DNA of 64,000 nucleotides, taken from the NCBI GenBank assembly GCA_019244185.1, contig JAFATB010000025.1:224001-288000 (forward strand), given 5' to 3'. Every line of letters begins with the position of its first letter. Positions within the stretch are counted from its first letter, which is position 1. This DNA is from Acidobacteriota bacterium. Its GTDB lineage: Bacteria > Acidobacteriota > Thermoanaerobaculia > Gp7-AA8. The position numbers and the translations under genes were made by a program. Under the pieces are notes generated by a model. That model was not told the DNA's origin. It did no database searches and worked only from the letters and a program-made list of their open reading frames with translations. Below, in pieces: positions 40,501 through 48,970 of this stretch.

Positions 40501-40932
40501 ATGGTCGGAGAGAAACTGCGTTCCATTCGGCTTGGACAGAAGCGCTCGCTCGCGGACGTCGCGGGCGAAGCGAACATCAGCGTGGCGACGCTGTCCCGCA
40601 TCGAGAACGACAAGCAAACGCTCGACATCGCGATGTTCCTGATGCTCGCGCGCGTCCTCGAAGTCCTCCCCCACGAGCTCCTCGGCGATCTCGGAGGAAA
40701 CGGCGACGGCGACGGCGTCGATCCACTCGTACGCAAGATCGCCGGCTTCGACGGCCACGCCCGTACCGCCCTCTGGCGCGCCCTCGCCGACGCCTCACGC
40801 CGCGCCCAAACCGATCGCCCCCGCCGCGCACGCCTCCGCGAGATCTCCGAATACGTCGAGGAACTCCTCGCCCAACTCGAGTTCGTCCGCGAAGAACTCG
40901 ACGCCGTGCGTCGCAGGTTGCGCGAACGTTGA
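40501..40932 (+). CDS. XRE-family HTH transcriptional regulator
   Basis: GEKLRSIR...SLADVAGEANISVATLSRIEND; TATCAT 6 nt before ATG (leaderless). Confidence 0.9.
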   Translation: MVGEKLRSIRLGQKRSLADVAGEANISVATLSRIENDKQTLDIAMFLMLARVLEVLPHELLGDLGGNGDGDGVDPLVRKIAGFDGHARTALWRALADASRRAQTDRPRRARLREISEYVEELLAQLEFVREELDAVRRRLRER

Positions 40933-40936
40933 GTTG

Positions 40937-41095
40937 ACCGAAGGGCCTCCGGCGGGCCGGCACGGCCGGCAGCGCTGAGGGCATAGCCAGTACGCACGTG
41001 CGGCTGCAGTCAACGACGTTAACCGCGACCTCACGTGCGTCTAGGCTAGGCCCTCAGCGCTGCCGGCCGTGCCGGCCCGCCGGAGGCCTCTCGGT
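40937..41095. repeat. REP/MITE-like long inverted-repeat element
   Basis: Perfect 38-bp arms 40944-40981 and 41051-41088, extending imperfectly on both sides; lies between convergent genes. Confidence 0.85.
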
Positions 41096-42813
41096 TAGCT
41101 CAGCGTGTCGTCGTCAAGCATCTCTTGCTGGCGGAAGCGGGCGCGGATCAGGTCCGCGGGGCTGACGAAGCCGATCACGCGATCGGAGTCGTCGACGACG
41201 GGGCAGCGATCAATGCTCGCCGCGGACATTCGTGCGAACAGTTCGTACACCGGTTCATCGCCGCGTGCGGCGACGGCGGGGAGCTCCATCAGCTCACCCG
41301 CGGTCGACGCGAGCCGCTCCTCGCGCAATGCGCGCGCGATGGAGTCGCCGGAGAGCAGTCCGAGCAGGCGGCGATCCTCATCGACGATCGGGTAGAAGCG
41401 ATGGCGTGACTCGCGTGTGGCTTCGACGATCTCGGCGATGGTGGTTGTGCGCGAGAACGTGCGCAGGCCTGTGCCCATCAGCTCGCGCACGATGAGGCGG
41501 GCGAGCGGATCGCGCGCGGCGTGCGCCTCGTGGTGGTAGCCCTCGTGTTCGAGTTGATCTTCTTCGAGGGACAGCGGCGCGATCGCGTGGGAGATCGCGT
41601 GCGACAGCGCGACGCCGAGCATGAGCGGGATCATCAGCGCGTAGTCGTTCGTCAGTTCGAGCACGATCAGCACGGCGGCGATCGGCGCGCGCAGCGTCCC
41701 GGCGAAGTACGCGCCCATGCCGACGAGTGCGAATGCGCTGGAGTCGACCGACGCGCCGGCGACGAGCTTCGCCGCGTGGCCGACGAGTGCGCCGAGCGAC
41801 GCGCCGATGAAGAGCGAGGGCGCGAACGTGCCGCCGAGGAGACCCGCAGAGGCGGCGATGAGAAAGCCGAGTGTCTTCGCGCCGAAGGCTTCCGCATCGA
41901 ACAGCAGCGAGCCGCCGCCGCGCACGAGGAGCGAGGTCGTCTCGTAGCCGACGCCGAGCATCGACGGCGTGAAGACACCGATCAAGCCGACGGCGGCGCC
42001 GCCGATACCGAAGCGCAGCGGCACGGAAGGCACGCGCATGCGGAAGCGCTCGCGCAACTGCGCGCCGACGCGCAGCACCGAGCCGGAGACGACGCCCGCG
42101 CTGACGCCGACGAGCGCGAAGACGGCGAGTTCCCACACGTGCGTCCACGACGCGGCGGCCGCGGGCAGGATGCGTTCGTTGTGCGGCGCGAGACCCTGCT
42201 GCACCACGGCCGCTGCGACGGCGGCGATGAGCGTGCCGCCGAGGATGCTGCGGCTCGACGTGCCGAAGAGCTCTTCGAGCGCGAAGACGACGCCGGTGAT
42301 CGGCGTGCGGAAGATCGCCGCGATGCCTGCGGCGGTGCCGACCGGCACCATGCCGCGCAGCACTTTCCTTGGAAATCCAAGTGTTTTCGCGACCCACACC
42401 GAAAGGCCGCTCGTCACGACGATGGTCGGTCCCTCGGGGCCCAGCGGCGCGCCGGAGCCGAGGGAGAGCGGCGTGAGGATGAACGTCGCCGCGATCGTGC
42501 GCGGATCGAGATGCGACACGTCCTCGGCGTAACTGCGCCGCACGCGGGCGAGGTTCGCGCCGAGCGTCGACGGTGCGAAGCGCTGCACGACGTAGCCGAG
42601 GGCCGCGGCGGTGAGACACGGAATCGCGATCAGGAGAACGACGCGCAGCGGGCCGTGCGTCGCGAGCGCATGCGAGAGAAAGAGCCGCCGACTGAGCTCG
42701 ATCCAGCGATGAAAGAGCACAGCGGCCAGTCCCGAGACGAGGCCTGCGGCGATGAAGATGAGCAGCAGAATGCGACGGCTGAGGCGGGTGAGCGGCTGCA
42801 CGACGCGTTGCAT
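41095..42813 (-). CDS. ClC-family anion channel/transporter with CBS pair
   Basis: LGPEGPT, AAGIAAIFRTPITGVVFALEE, GGTFAPSLFIG, C-terminal CBS domains; start could instead be 42855. Confidence 0.92.
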   Translation of the reverse strand: MQRVVQPLTRLSRRILLLIFIAAGLVSGLAAVLFHRWIELSRRLFLSHALATHGPLRVVLLIAIPCLTAAALGYVVQRFAPSTLGANLARVRRSYAEDVSHLDPRTIAATFILTPLSLGSGAPLGPEGPTIVVTSGLSVWVAKTLGFPRKVLRGMVPVGTAAGIAAIFRTPITGVVFALEELFGTSSRSILGGTLIAAVAAAVVQQGLAPHNERILPAAAASWTHVWELAVFALVGVSAGVVSGSVLRVGAQLRERFRMRVPSVPLRFGIGGAAVGLIGVFTPSMLGVGYETTSLLVRGGGSLLFDAEAFGAKTLGFLIAASAGLLGGTFAPSLFIGASLGALVGHAAKLVAGASVDSSAFALVGMGAYFAGTLRAPIAAVLIVLELTNDYALMIPLMLGVALSHAISHAIAPLSLEEDQLEHEGYHHEAHAARDPLARLIVRELMGTGLRTFSRTTTIAEIVEATRESRHRFYPIVDEDRRLLGLLSGDSIARALREERLASTAGELMELPAVAARGDEPVYELFARMSAASIDRCPVVDDSDRVIGFVSPADLIRARFRQQEMLDDDTLS

Positions 42814-42823
42814 CGTATCGTTT

Positions 42824-42837
42824 GGGACACCGTTTGC
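42824..42837 (+). promoter_or_regulatory. Putative sigma54 -24/-12 promoter
   Basis: TGG-GACACCGTTT-GCA, 16 bp before the ATG at 42854. Confidence 0.6.
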
Positions 42838-42853
42838 ATTGATTGGGCTCGCC

Positions 42854-43084
42854 ATGATGACGACGATCGGACGTAAGAAACACTCCGGCCGGCAGCGCGG
42901 CAACGTCGACGGCGGCGAGGGACGCGGCGTGCCCCTCGGCGGACGCGACGAGCGTCCCGCCACCGGCTACCGCTCGCTCGAAGACGACGAATACTCCGTC
43001 GTTGACGATCACGTCTCCGCCTGGGACACCATCGAGGAAGAAGAGAGCGCCGACCGCCGGCGCGATCCGCTGCGCAAGCCCTGA
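42854..43084 (+). CDS. Small hydrophilic (basic N-terminal, acidic C-terminal) protein
   Basis: 76-aa ORF with host-like codons filling the gap between two minus-strand genes; sigma54-like motif directly upstream. Confidence 0.6.
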   Translation: MMTTIGRKKHSGRQRGNVDGGEGRGVPLGGRDERPATGYRSLEDDEYSVVDDHVSAWDTIEEEESADRRRDPLRKP

Positions 43085-43093
43085 TCCGCGGCG

Positions 43094-44125
43094 TTACTTC
43101 CGCTTCTTTCCGTCGAGCGCTTTCCCCGCGCGCATCTCCTCCCACGTCCACCCGTCGTCGTGGAGGAGACCGTAGAGAAAGCGCCGCAGGTCGCGCGCGT
43201 CCGCGACCGCGGCGGCGAACGTCGCGTCATCGACCGTCGGCACGTTCGCGTCGCGCAACGTTTGCAGCGGCGGTGGCGGCGGCTCGTCGTGCTCCGGCTC
43301 GACGAACTCCGCGCTGAGCACGTGCGCGAATCCCGCGATCGCGCTGCGCAGAGGCTCGACCACCATCGCCGGCAGCCGCTTGTCCTTCCGCGCGCCCTCC
43401 GCGATGAGGAACACCGTCTCGTGCAGCGCCACGAGCCGCAGCGACGCGGCCGCGCGCTCGTTCTCGCTGTGAAAGTAATGGAGCACGGGATACGCGAGAT
43501 GCTCGTCGGTGAAGGCGTGGATCTGCGACGTGAGCGACAGCAGATGCTCCCGCAGCGAATCGAACTCCTCCCCTGTCCACGCGCGCGCGACGATCGTCTC
43601 CGTCGTGCCGCCGAGGTCGGAGATGTACGCGCCGAGGGAGCGGCGGTGCACGACGGCGGAAAGGACTTCGAGGAGAAAGGCGATGCCGAGCGAGATCGCG
43701 GCGAGGCCGCTGCCGGAACAGATCGCGGTGAGGATGCGCCAGCGCGGACCGTTCGGCGCGATCTCGCCGTTGCCCATCGTGAACATCGTGTAGCCGACGA
43801 AGTAGATGCGGCCGGCGAGATCGGTCGCGACGTGCGAGTCCTTCTCGACGAGCGACGCCGCCTTTGAGGAGTAGATCAGCACCCACCCCAGCCACGTTAT
43901 CGCCACCCAGAAGACGAGCGTCGTGATGAGGATCGTCGAGCCGGCGAACGACAGCAGGCGATGGTTTCTGCGCCGCTTGTGCATCCACAGCGCGGCGCGC
44001 CACAGGCCGGCGTTGAGATGGCGCGTGAGCGGTCCGCCGCCGTGCGTGCCGAGCGTCGTCCAGACGATGTCGACCCACGTCGCGAGCAGCACGACGGCGC
44101 CGAAGAAGACGAGCAGCGGGTGCAT
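43094..44125 (-). CDS. Potassium-channel-family (two-TM, Ion_trans_2) protein
   Basis: Pore-loop-like YFVGYTMFTMGNGEIAP; HLAYPVLHYFHS. Confidence 0.85.
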   Translation of the reverse strand: MHPLLVFFGAVVLLATWVDIVWTTLGTHGGGPLTRHLNAGLWRAALWMHKRRRNHRLLSFAGSTILITTLVFWVAITWLGWVLIYSSKAASLVEKDSHVATDLAGRIYFVGYTMFTMGNGEIAPNGPRWRILTAICSGSGLAAISLGIAFLLEVLSAVVHRRSLGAYISDLGGTTETIVARAWTGEEFDSLREHLLSLTSQIHAFTDEHLAYPVLHYFHSENERAAASLRLVALHETVFLIAEGARKDKRLPAMVVEPLRSAIAGFAHVLSAEFVEPEHDEPPPPPLQTLRDANVPTVDDATFAAAVADARDLRRFLYGLLHDDGWTWEEMRAGKALDGKKRK

Positions 44126-44132
44126 GGCCAAA

Positions 44133-44162
44133 GCAAGACGTGATCCCGGGCACACCTCTTGC
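44133..44162. promoter_or_regulatory. Back-to-back putative sigma54 promoters
   Basis: Minus strand GG-ATCACGTCTT-GC (44146-44133) and plus strand GG-CACACCTCTT-GC (44149-44162). Confidence 0.55.
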
Positions 44163-44178
44163 GGCGTTCGCTGACTCG

Positions 44179-44793
44179 ATGCGCTACCGCGGACCGAAGG
44201 CGAAAGTGATGCGGCGTTTCGGCGTGCTCATGACCGCGTCGCCGAAATACGCGCGCATCCTCGAGAAGCGTCCGACGCCGCCGGGACAGCACGGCGCGCG
44301 CAAAGGGCGCAAGAAGGTCGGCGCGTACGGCAGCCGTCTCGTCGAGAAGCAGAAGCTCAAGGCGTTCTACGGAGTGGCCGAGCGGCAGATGCGGCGTTAT
44401 GTCGCGGAGGCCATGCGGAAAAAAGGCCCGACCGGCACGAACCTGCTGCAACTCCTCGAACAGCGCCTCGACGCCGTCGTGCATCGCCTCGGCTTCGCGC
44501 CGTCGCTGTGGGCCGCGCGCCAGCTCGTCAGCCACGGCCACGTGCGCGTCGACGGCAAGCGCGTCGACATCCCTTCATACTCGGTGAAGCCGGGACAGGC
44601 CATCACGCTCTCCGAGAAATTCAAACGCAGCCGACAGATGGCCATCTGGTCCGAACGCGGCGGCATCCTTCCCCCGCCCTACCTCGAACTCGACCGCGAC
44701 ACGATGACCGGACGCCTCGTGCGCCTCCCGGAACGCGACGAGATCCCCGTGCCGATCGAAGACCGGTTGATCGTCGAGTTCTATTCGCGCTGA
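44179..44793 (+). CDS. rpsD: 30S ribosomal protein S4, zinc-free type, stand-alone
   Basis: RYRGPK, PPGQHG, EKQKLK, LEQRLD, ARQLVSHGH, IVEFYSR. Confidence 0.96.
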   Translation: MRYRGPKAKVMRRFGVLMTASPKYARILEKRPTPPGQHGARKGRKKVGAYGSRLVEKQKLKAFYGVAERQMRRYVAEAMRKKGPTGTNLLQLLEQRLDAVVHRLGFAPSLWAARQLVSHGHVRVDGKRVDIPSYSVKPGQAITLSEKFKRSRQMAIWSERGGILPPPYLELDRDTMTGRLVRLPERDEIPVPIEDRLIVEFYSR

Positions 44794-44819
44794 TCGGCGC
44801 GGAGTTCTATTCGCGCTGA
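44776..44819 (+). repeat. 18-bp direct repeat duplicating the 3' end of rpsD
   Basis: GAGTTCTATTCGCGCTGA at 44776-44793 and 44802-44819. Confidence 0.9.
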
Positions 44820-44876
44820 CCCGCGAATGTCGTATCCTCGCCTCGCCCCAAACCGGTTCGATTGCGAGGTGCCTGC

Positions 44877-45293
44877 ATGTCGTCGTTGCCCTCCGTGAAC
44901 TATCTCTCCGTGCTTGCCGCCGGCGTCGCCATCTTCCTCCTCGGCGGGCTCTGGTACTCGCCGCTGCTCTTCGCGAAGCGCTGGGTCGGGCTCATGGGCA
45001 AGAGCGAAGCGGAGCTCAAGCAGGCGGCGCCCGGGCCGCTGCCGTACGTGATGGTGTTCGTCTGCGGCGTGCTGACCGCGTACGCGCTCGCGATCGTGCT
45101 CAATCACTTCGGACCGGCGACGCTGACGCGCACGCTGCTGATCGCAATCCTCATGTGGATCGGCTTCGCCGGCGCGACGAGCTTCGGCAGCGCGATGTTC
45201 TCCGGCACGCCGCGCCTGCTGTGGCTGATCAACTCCGGCTACAACCTCGTCGCGTTCATCGTCGCCGCGTTGATCCTCGCGTTCTGGCGTTAG
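44877..45293 (+). CDS. DUF1761-like membrane protein
   Basis: NYLSVL...LGGLWYSPLLF.KRW...LINSGY. Confidence 0.85.
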   Translation: MSSLPSVNYLSVLAAGVAIFLLGGLWYSPLLFAKRWVGLMGKSEAELKQAAPGPLPYVMVFVCGVLTAYALAIVLNHFGPATLTRTLLIAILMWIGFAGATSFGSAMFSGTPRLLWLINSGYNLVAFIVAALILAFWR

Positions 45294-45311
45294 CTCGCGC
45301 GCCGCGTTTCG

Positions 45312-46094
45312 CTAGAACTTCCCCGCCGCGCGTTCCTTCGCCGGCAGGATCTCGAGACACGTCGTCCACCAGCCGCTGAGGATCGTCTCGATGAACGGCT
45401 CGGGCAGATGCTCGCGCTGCATCTCGTCCGCGAGACGGTGATGGTCGTAGGCCACGGGCACGAACTCCACCCGCAGGTTGACACCGTCAACGTCAACGAG
45501 CGCGTACCAGACGTTCGTCCGCCCGTCGTTCGCCGGACGCCCGATCACGCCGGCGTTGATGATGTGGCGATGGTCCGGCAGCGCGCGATACCAGTGCAAC
45601 CCGGTGTGCGTGCAGACGATCGCGTCGGCGGCGAAGTCGCGGCAGAGCTTTTCGAGGAACGGCTCGGGCGACGTCGAGCGCCAGAGGAACTCGTTGATCC
45701 TACGCGGCGATCCGTGCACGAGTAGGAAGCGCAGGCCGCCGGCCTCGAAGCGGATCGTGCGCGGCAACGTGCCCATCCAGTCTTTCAACGCATCGCTCGT
45801 ATGCGCGAACGTGTAGTCGTAGCTGAGCTGCGCGAAGTAGTTGTCGCGCGGATCGGTGTAGCCGCAATGGCAATCGTCCGCGCGCGTCGAGAGCGACTCC
45901 TCGTAGTTACCTTGAATGCCGGCGATGCCGCGCTCGATGAGCAGCTCCGGGACGCGGTCCGGATACGGCCCGAACGCGCCGAGGTCGCCGAGGAAGTACG
46001 TGGCGTCGGCGCCGTGCGCGCGGATGTCGGCGAGCGTCGCGACGAGCGCGTGATAGTTCGAGTACATGCCGCCGATGAACGCGAGCCGCGTCAC
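45312..46094 (-). CDS. Metallophosphoesterase family protein (degenerate first motif)
   Basis: GDLGAFG, QGNYE, HGSP, THTG, NAGVIG; the first motif reads GGMYSN. Confidence 0.85.
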   Translation of the reverse strand: MTRLAFIGGMYSNYHALVATLADIRAHGADATYFLGDLGAFGPYPDRVPELLIERGIAGIQGNYEESLSTRADDCHCGYTDPRDNYFAQLSYDYTFAHTSDALKDWMGTLPRTIRFEAGGLRFLLVHGSPRRINEFLWRSTSPEPFLEKLCRDFAADAIVCTHTGLHWYRALPDHRHIINAGVIGRPANDGRTNVWYALVDVDGVNLRVEFVPVAYDHHRLADEMQREHLPEPFIETILSGWWTTCLEILPAKERAAGKF

Positions 46095-46516
46095 GCGAGC
46101 CTCTTGTCGAAGACGTGCTGCGTCTTGGTGATCGCGTAGCCGCGGCGTTCGTAGAAGCAGTGCGTCTCCGCGCGGATGATGTTCGAGCGGACGCGAATGC
46201 GCGCGACGCCGCGCTCGCGCGCCCACGATTCCGCCGCGTCGACGAGGTGCGCGCCGATGCAGCGGCCGCGGAGAGCGTCCGCGACGACGAGACCGGTGAT
46301 CTCCGCGAACGTGCCGCTCTCCAGCGTTTCGACGAACGCGAGCTGGATCCAAGCGACGACGCGGTCGTCATGAATCGCGACCAACACGCGCTCGAGTTGC
46401 GATGCGAGGCGCGGGCGCATTTCGTCTTCGCTCGCGGGATAGCCGAGCTCCCCGGCGAGCGATGCGATCGCGGCGGCGTCGTTCATCGTCGCGCGGCGGA
46501 TCGTCACGTCGTGCAT
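46091..46516 (-). CDS. GNAT N-acetyltransferase
   Basis: LVVADALRGRCIGAHL, FYERRGY. Confidence 0.9.
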   Translation of the reverse strand: MHDVTIRRATMNDAAAIASLAGELGYPASEDEMRPRLASQLERVLVAIHDDRVVAWIQLAFVETLESGTFAEITGLVVADALRGRCIGAHLVDAAESWARERGVARIRVRSNIIRAETHCFYERRGYAITKTQHVFDKRLA

Positions 46517-47373
46517 GTCACTCCGTCCACCCAGCACGTGTGGCACGCGCCGTAGCGCAGCGGGAACGGGCGCAGCGTCTCCGCGAGCGTCGCGCCCATG
46601 CGCGCCCCCGGCTCGTCGATGAGGATCGGGCAGACGTAGACGCCGCGGCTCGTGACCATGCGGCACGACGAGCATTGCAGCACCTTCGCGTCGTCGCTCG
46701 TCAGCGCGTCGGACGTCAGCCGCTCCCAATCCTCGTACGCGCGCGTCCGCGTCTCCTCCGCGCCGATGCGAAACAGCGGCAGCACTTTCAGGCGCGGACG
46801 CGCGAAGCCGAAGTTGCGAATGAGCTCGAGGAAGCGCGCGCGCCCGTCGCTCGTCGCCACGCCTTCCGCCGCGGTGGTCACGGTGATGGCGGGATTGAGA
46901 CCGGCGTCCACGAGATTGCGCAGGCCGGTCATCACGCGTTCCCACACGCCCGCGCCGCGGATGGCATCGTGCGACGCGGCGTCGAAGCCATCGAGGCTCA
47001 CGCGCAGATCGAGCGAGTACTCGCTCGCGTCGAAGAGCGCGCGCAGCTCGCGGCAGACGTCCGCGCGCAGCAGCATGCCGTTCGTCAGCACCGTCGCGGG
47101 TCCTTGCCTCAGCGTCGCCTCGAGGATCGGCAGCAGCTCGCGATTGAGGAACGGCTCGCCGCCGGTGAAGTAGTACTCGCGCACGCCGAGCACGCGCGCT
47201 TCGGCGAGCAGCGGCTCGACGTCCGCGAGCGTGAGCAGTTCGTGCGCGTGGTTCGTCGGCGAGCAGGAGATGAAGCAGTGCGTGCAGGCGATGTTGCAGA
47301 GCGTGCCCGCGACCTGGAACCAGAGCGTGTCGAGCGCGACGAGCGGAACGTGCGGCGCGTCAGGAGACGGCAT
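46504..47373 (-). CDS. Radical SAM protein (ArsS-related neighbourhood type)
   Basis: GTLCNIACTHCF, TGGEPFL, VSLDG, C-terminal CSSCRMV...CPIL...CHTC. Confidence 0.9.
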   Translation of the reverse strand: MPSPDAPHVPLVALDTLWFQVAGTLCNIACTHCFISCSPTNHAHELLTLADVEPLLAEARVLGVREYYFTGGEPFLNRELLPILEATLRQGPATVLTNGMLLRADVCRELRALFDASEYSLDLRVSLDGFDAASHDAIRGAGVWERVMTGLRNLVDAGLNPAITVTTAAEGVATSDGRARFLELIRNFGFARPRLKVLPLFRIGAEETRTRAYEDWERLTSDALTSDDAKVLQCSSCRMVTSRGVYVCPILIDEPGARMGATLAETLRPFPLRYGACHTCWVDGVTCTT

Positions 47374-48508
47374 CGAGGATCCTCTCCAGCTGCGCGAAAC
47401 CGGTCTGCAGCAGAAACGTCTTCGAGCGCCCGTAGCCGCGCGAGCCTGCGAAGTAAAAACCCGGCTCGCCGCTTTCGAGATCGCGCGCGGCGACGCTCGG
47501 CACGCTGAGGCAATCGGTGACGTTCGCGATCGCGCGCGCGAGCCGCGCGCCTCCCTCCGTGACCGGCGAGACTTCGGCGGCGATTTCCGTGAGAAACGCG
47601 GCATCCGGACGGTAGCCGGTGAACGCCGCGATCGCGTCGACGTCGACCGCGCGTCCGCCGGTGAGCGTCACCGCGATGCGATCGTCGTGCTGCGCGACGC
47701 GCTCGACCATCGCGCGGCGTTCGACGCGGAGAAACTCCGGCGGCGCCGACGCGAGCTCGTTCGCCCGCTCGACGACCGCACGCCGCTCCGGCAGCGGATC
47801 GTTCACGACTTCCTCGCACGGACGGCGATTCGCGCCGCGCACCGCCCAGACGATGCGCGTCGACGGCGCGGCTTCCGCGAGCGCGCTGAGATGCACGATC
47901 GCATGCGCCGCCGAATGCCCGCCGCCGACGACGAGCACACGCTTTCCGCGCAGAGCATCGCACGCGTCCGCGAGCGCGCCGAGCGTGCGGATCGGTCCGT
48001 GCGCGAGCGTCGGCTCGCCTAGGACCGGCAGGCCGCCGAGGCCGAACGCGCGTGGGATGCGCAGGCCGCCGCTCGCGTCGAGCACGACGTCGGCCTCGAA
48101 GACGGCGTCGTTCGCGCAGACGATGCGGAACAGCCGCTCGGCGCGGAGCGGATGTCCGGCGTAGTCGCCGCGCGTGAGTCCGCGTCGTCCGATGGCGATC
48201 ACCTCGTGGCGTTCGAAGACGCGCCCGTGCAGCGGCTCGCGCGCGGCGAGCGGCGCGAGCACGCGATCCGCGTATTCGGCGCCGGTGAGCAGTGCGTCGC
48301 CGTCGAAGTCGGCATCGAGCAGCTCGCGCATGCGCGGCGTCACGTTCATCGAGAGCGGCGAGAAGAAGCGCGTCGCGCCCCACGTGCGCAGCGACGCGCC
48401 GACCGCGTCGCGCTCGAGCAGCGCAACATCGTGTCCGCGCGCGAGCGCGCCCAGGGCCGCGGCGATGCCGGACGGGCCGCCGCCGATCACGGCGACGCGC
48501 TTCGGCAT
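47360..48508 (-). CDS. FAD/NAD(P)-dependent oxidoreductase (flavin monooxygenase-like)
   Basis: IGGGPSG, DASG, VGGGHSA, FTGYRPD, GSRGYGR. Confidence 0.88.
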   Translation of the reverse strand: MPKRVAVIGGGPSGIAAALGALARGHDVALLERDAVGASLRTWGATRFFSPLSMNVTPRMRELLDADFDGDALLTGAEYADRVLAPLAAREPLHGRVFERHEVIAIGRRGLTRGDYAGHPLRAERLFRIVCANDAVFEADVVLDASGGLRIPRAFGLGGLPVLGEPTLAHGPIRTLGALADACDALRGKRVLVVGGGHSAAHAIVHLSALAEAAPSTRIVWAVRGANRRPCEEVVNDPLPERRAVVERANELASAPPEFLRVERRAMVERVAQHDDRIAVTLTGGRAVDVDAIAAFTGYRPDAAFLTEIAAEVSPVTEGGARLARAIANVTDCLSVPSVAARDLESGEPGFYFAGSRGYGRSKTFLLQTGFAQLERILDAVS

Positions 48509-48840
48509 CAGCCCTCCCGCCGCGCCAGCGCGTTGCACGACTGCGCCCAGTGCGCGATCGTGCCGCCGCCGCGGATCACCGCCGCGACGCCCACCGCCTC
48601 CGCCATCTCCTCCGGCGCGATGCCGGCGTCGCTGCACGCCGACGAGTACGAGTCGATGCAGTACGGCTCCTGAATCGCGTACGCCACCGCGAGCGCGATC
48701 AGCTTCTTCGTGCGCTCGTCGAGCGCGCCGGGCGCCATGGTCTGCTGATACCAGTTCAGAAACCCGTCCCATCCCTTCGGATTGGCTTTCCCGATTTCGC
48801 CGAAGCGCGCGAGGTCTTCGGAAAGGTAGTAGCTCGGCAT
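48508..48840 (-). CDS. AhpD/CMD-family peroxidase-like protein (arsenosugar-cluster-associated type)
   Basis: YYLSEDLARFGEIG...GALDERTKKLIALAVA...PYCIDSY...EEMAEAV..AA.IRGG. Confidence 0.82.
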   Translation of the reverse strand: MPSYYLSEDLARFGEIGKANPKGWDGFLNWYQQTMAPGALDERTKKLIALAVAYAIQEPYCIDSYSSACSDAGIAPEEMAEAVGVAAVIRGGGTIAHWAQSCNALARREG

Positions 48841-48904
48841 TGGATCCTCCGTCGGCGGGCAGTGTACGACGCGCGTGCACCGTCTTCTGCCGCCCGATGG
48901 ACTT

Positions 48905-48918
48905 GGCAAAGCCGTTGC
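48905..48918 (+). promoter_or_regulatory. Putative sigma54 promoter of the cyanophycin operon
   Basis: TTGG-CAAAGCCGTT-GCT, near-consensus, 52 bp before the cphA ATG. Confidence 0.7.
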
Positions 48919-48970
48919 TCGTCTCGCGCGAGGGAGAACGCCCACACTTTCATCGCGGGTCAAGAATCAC

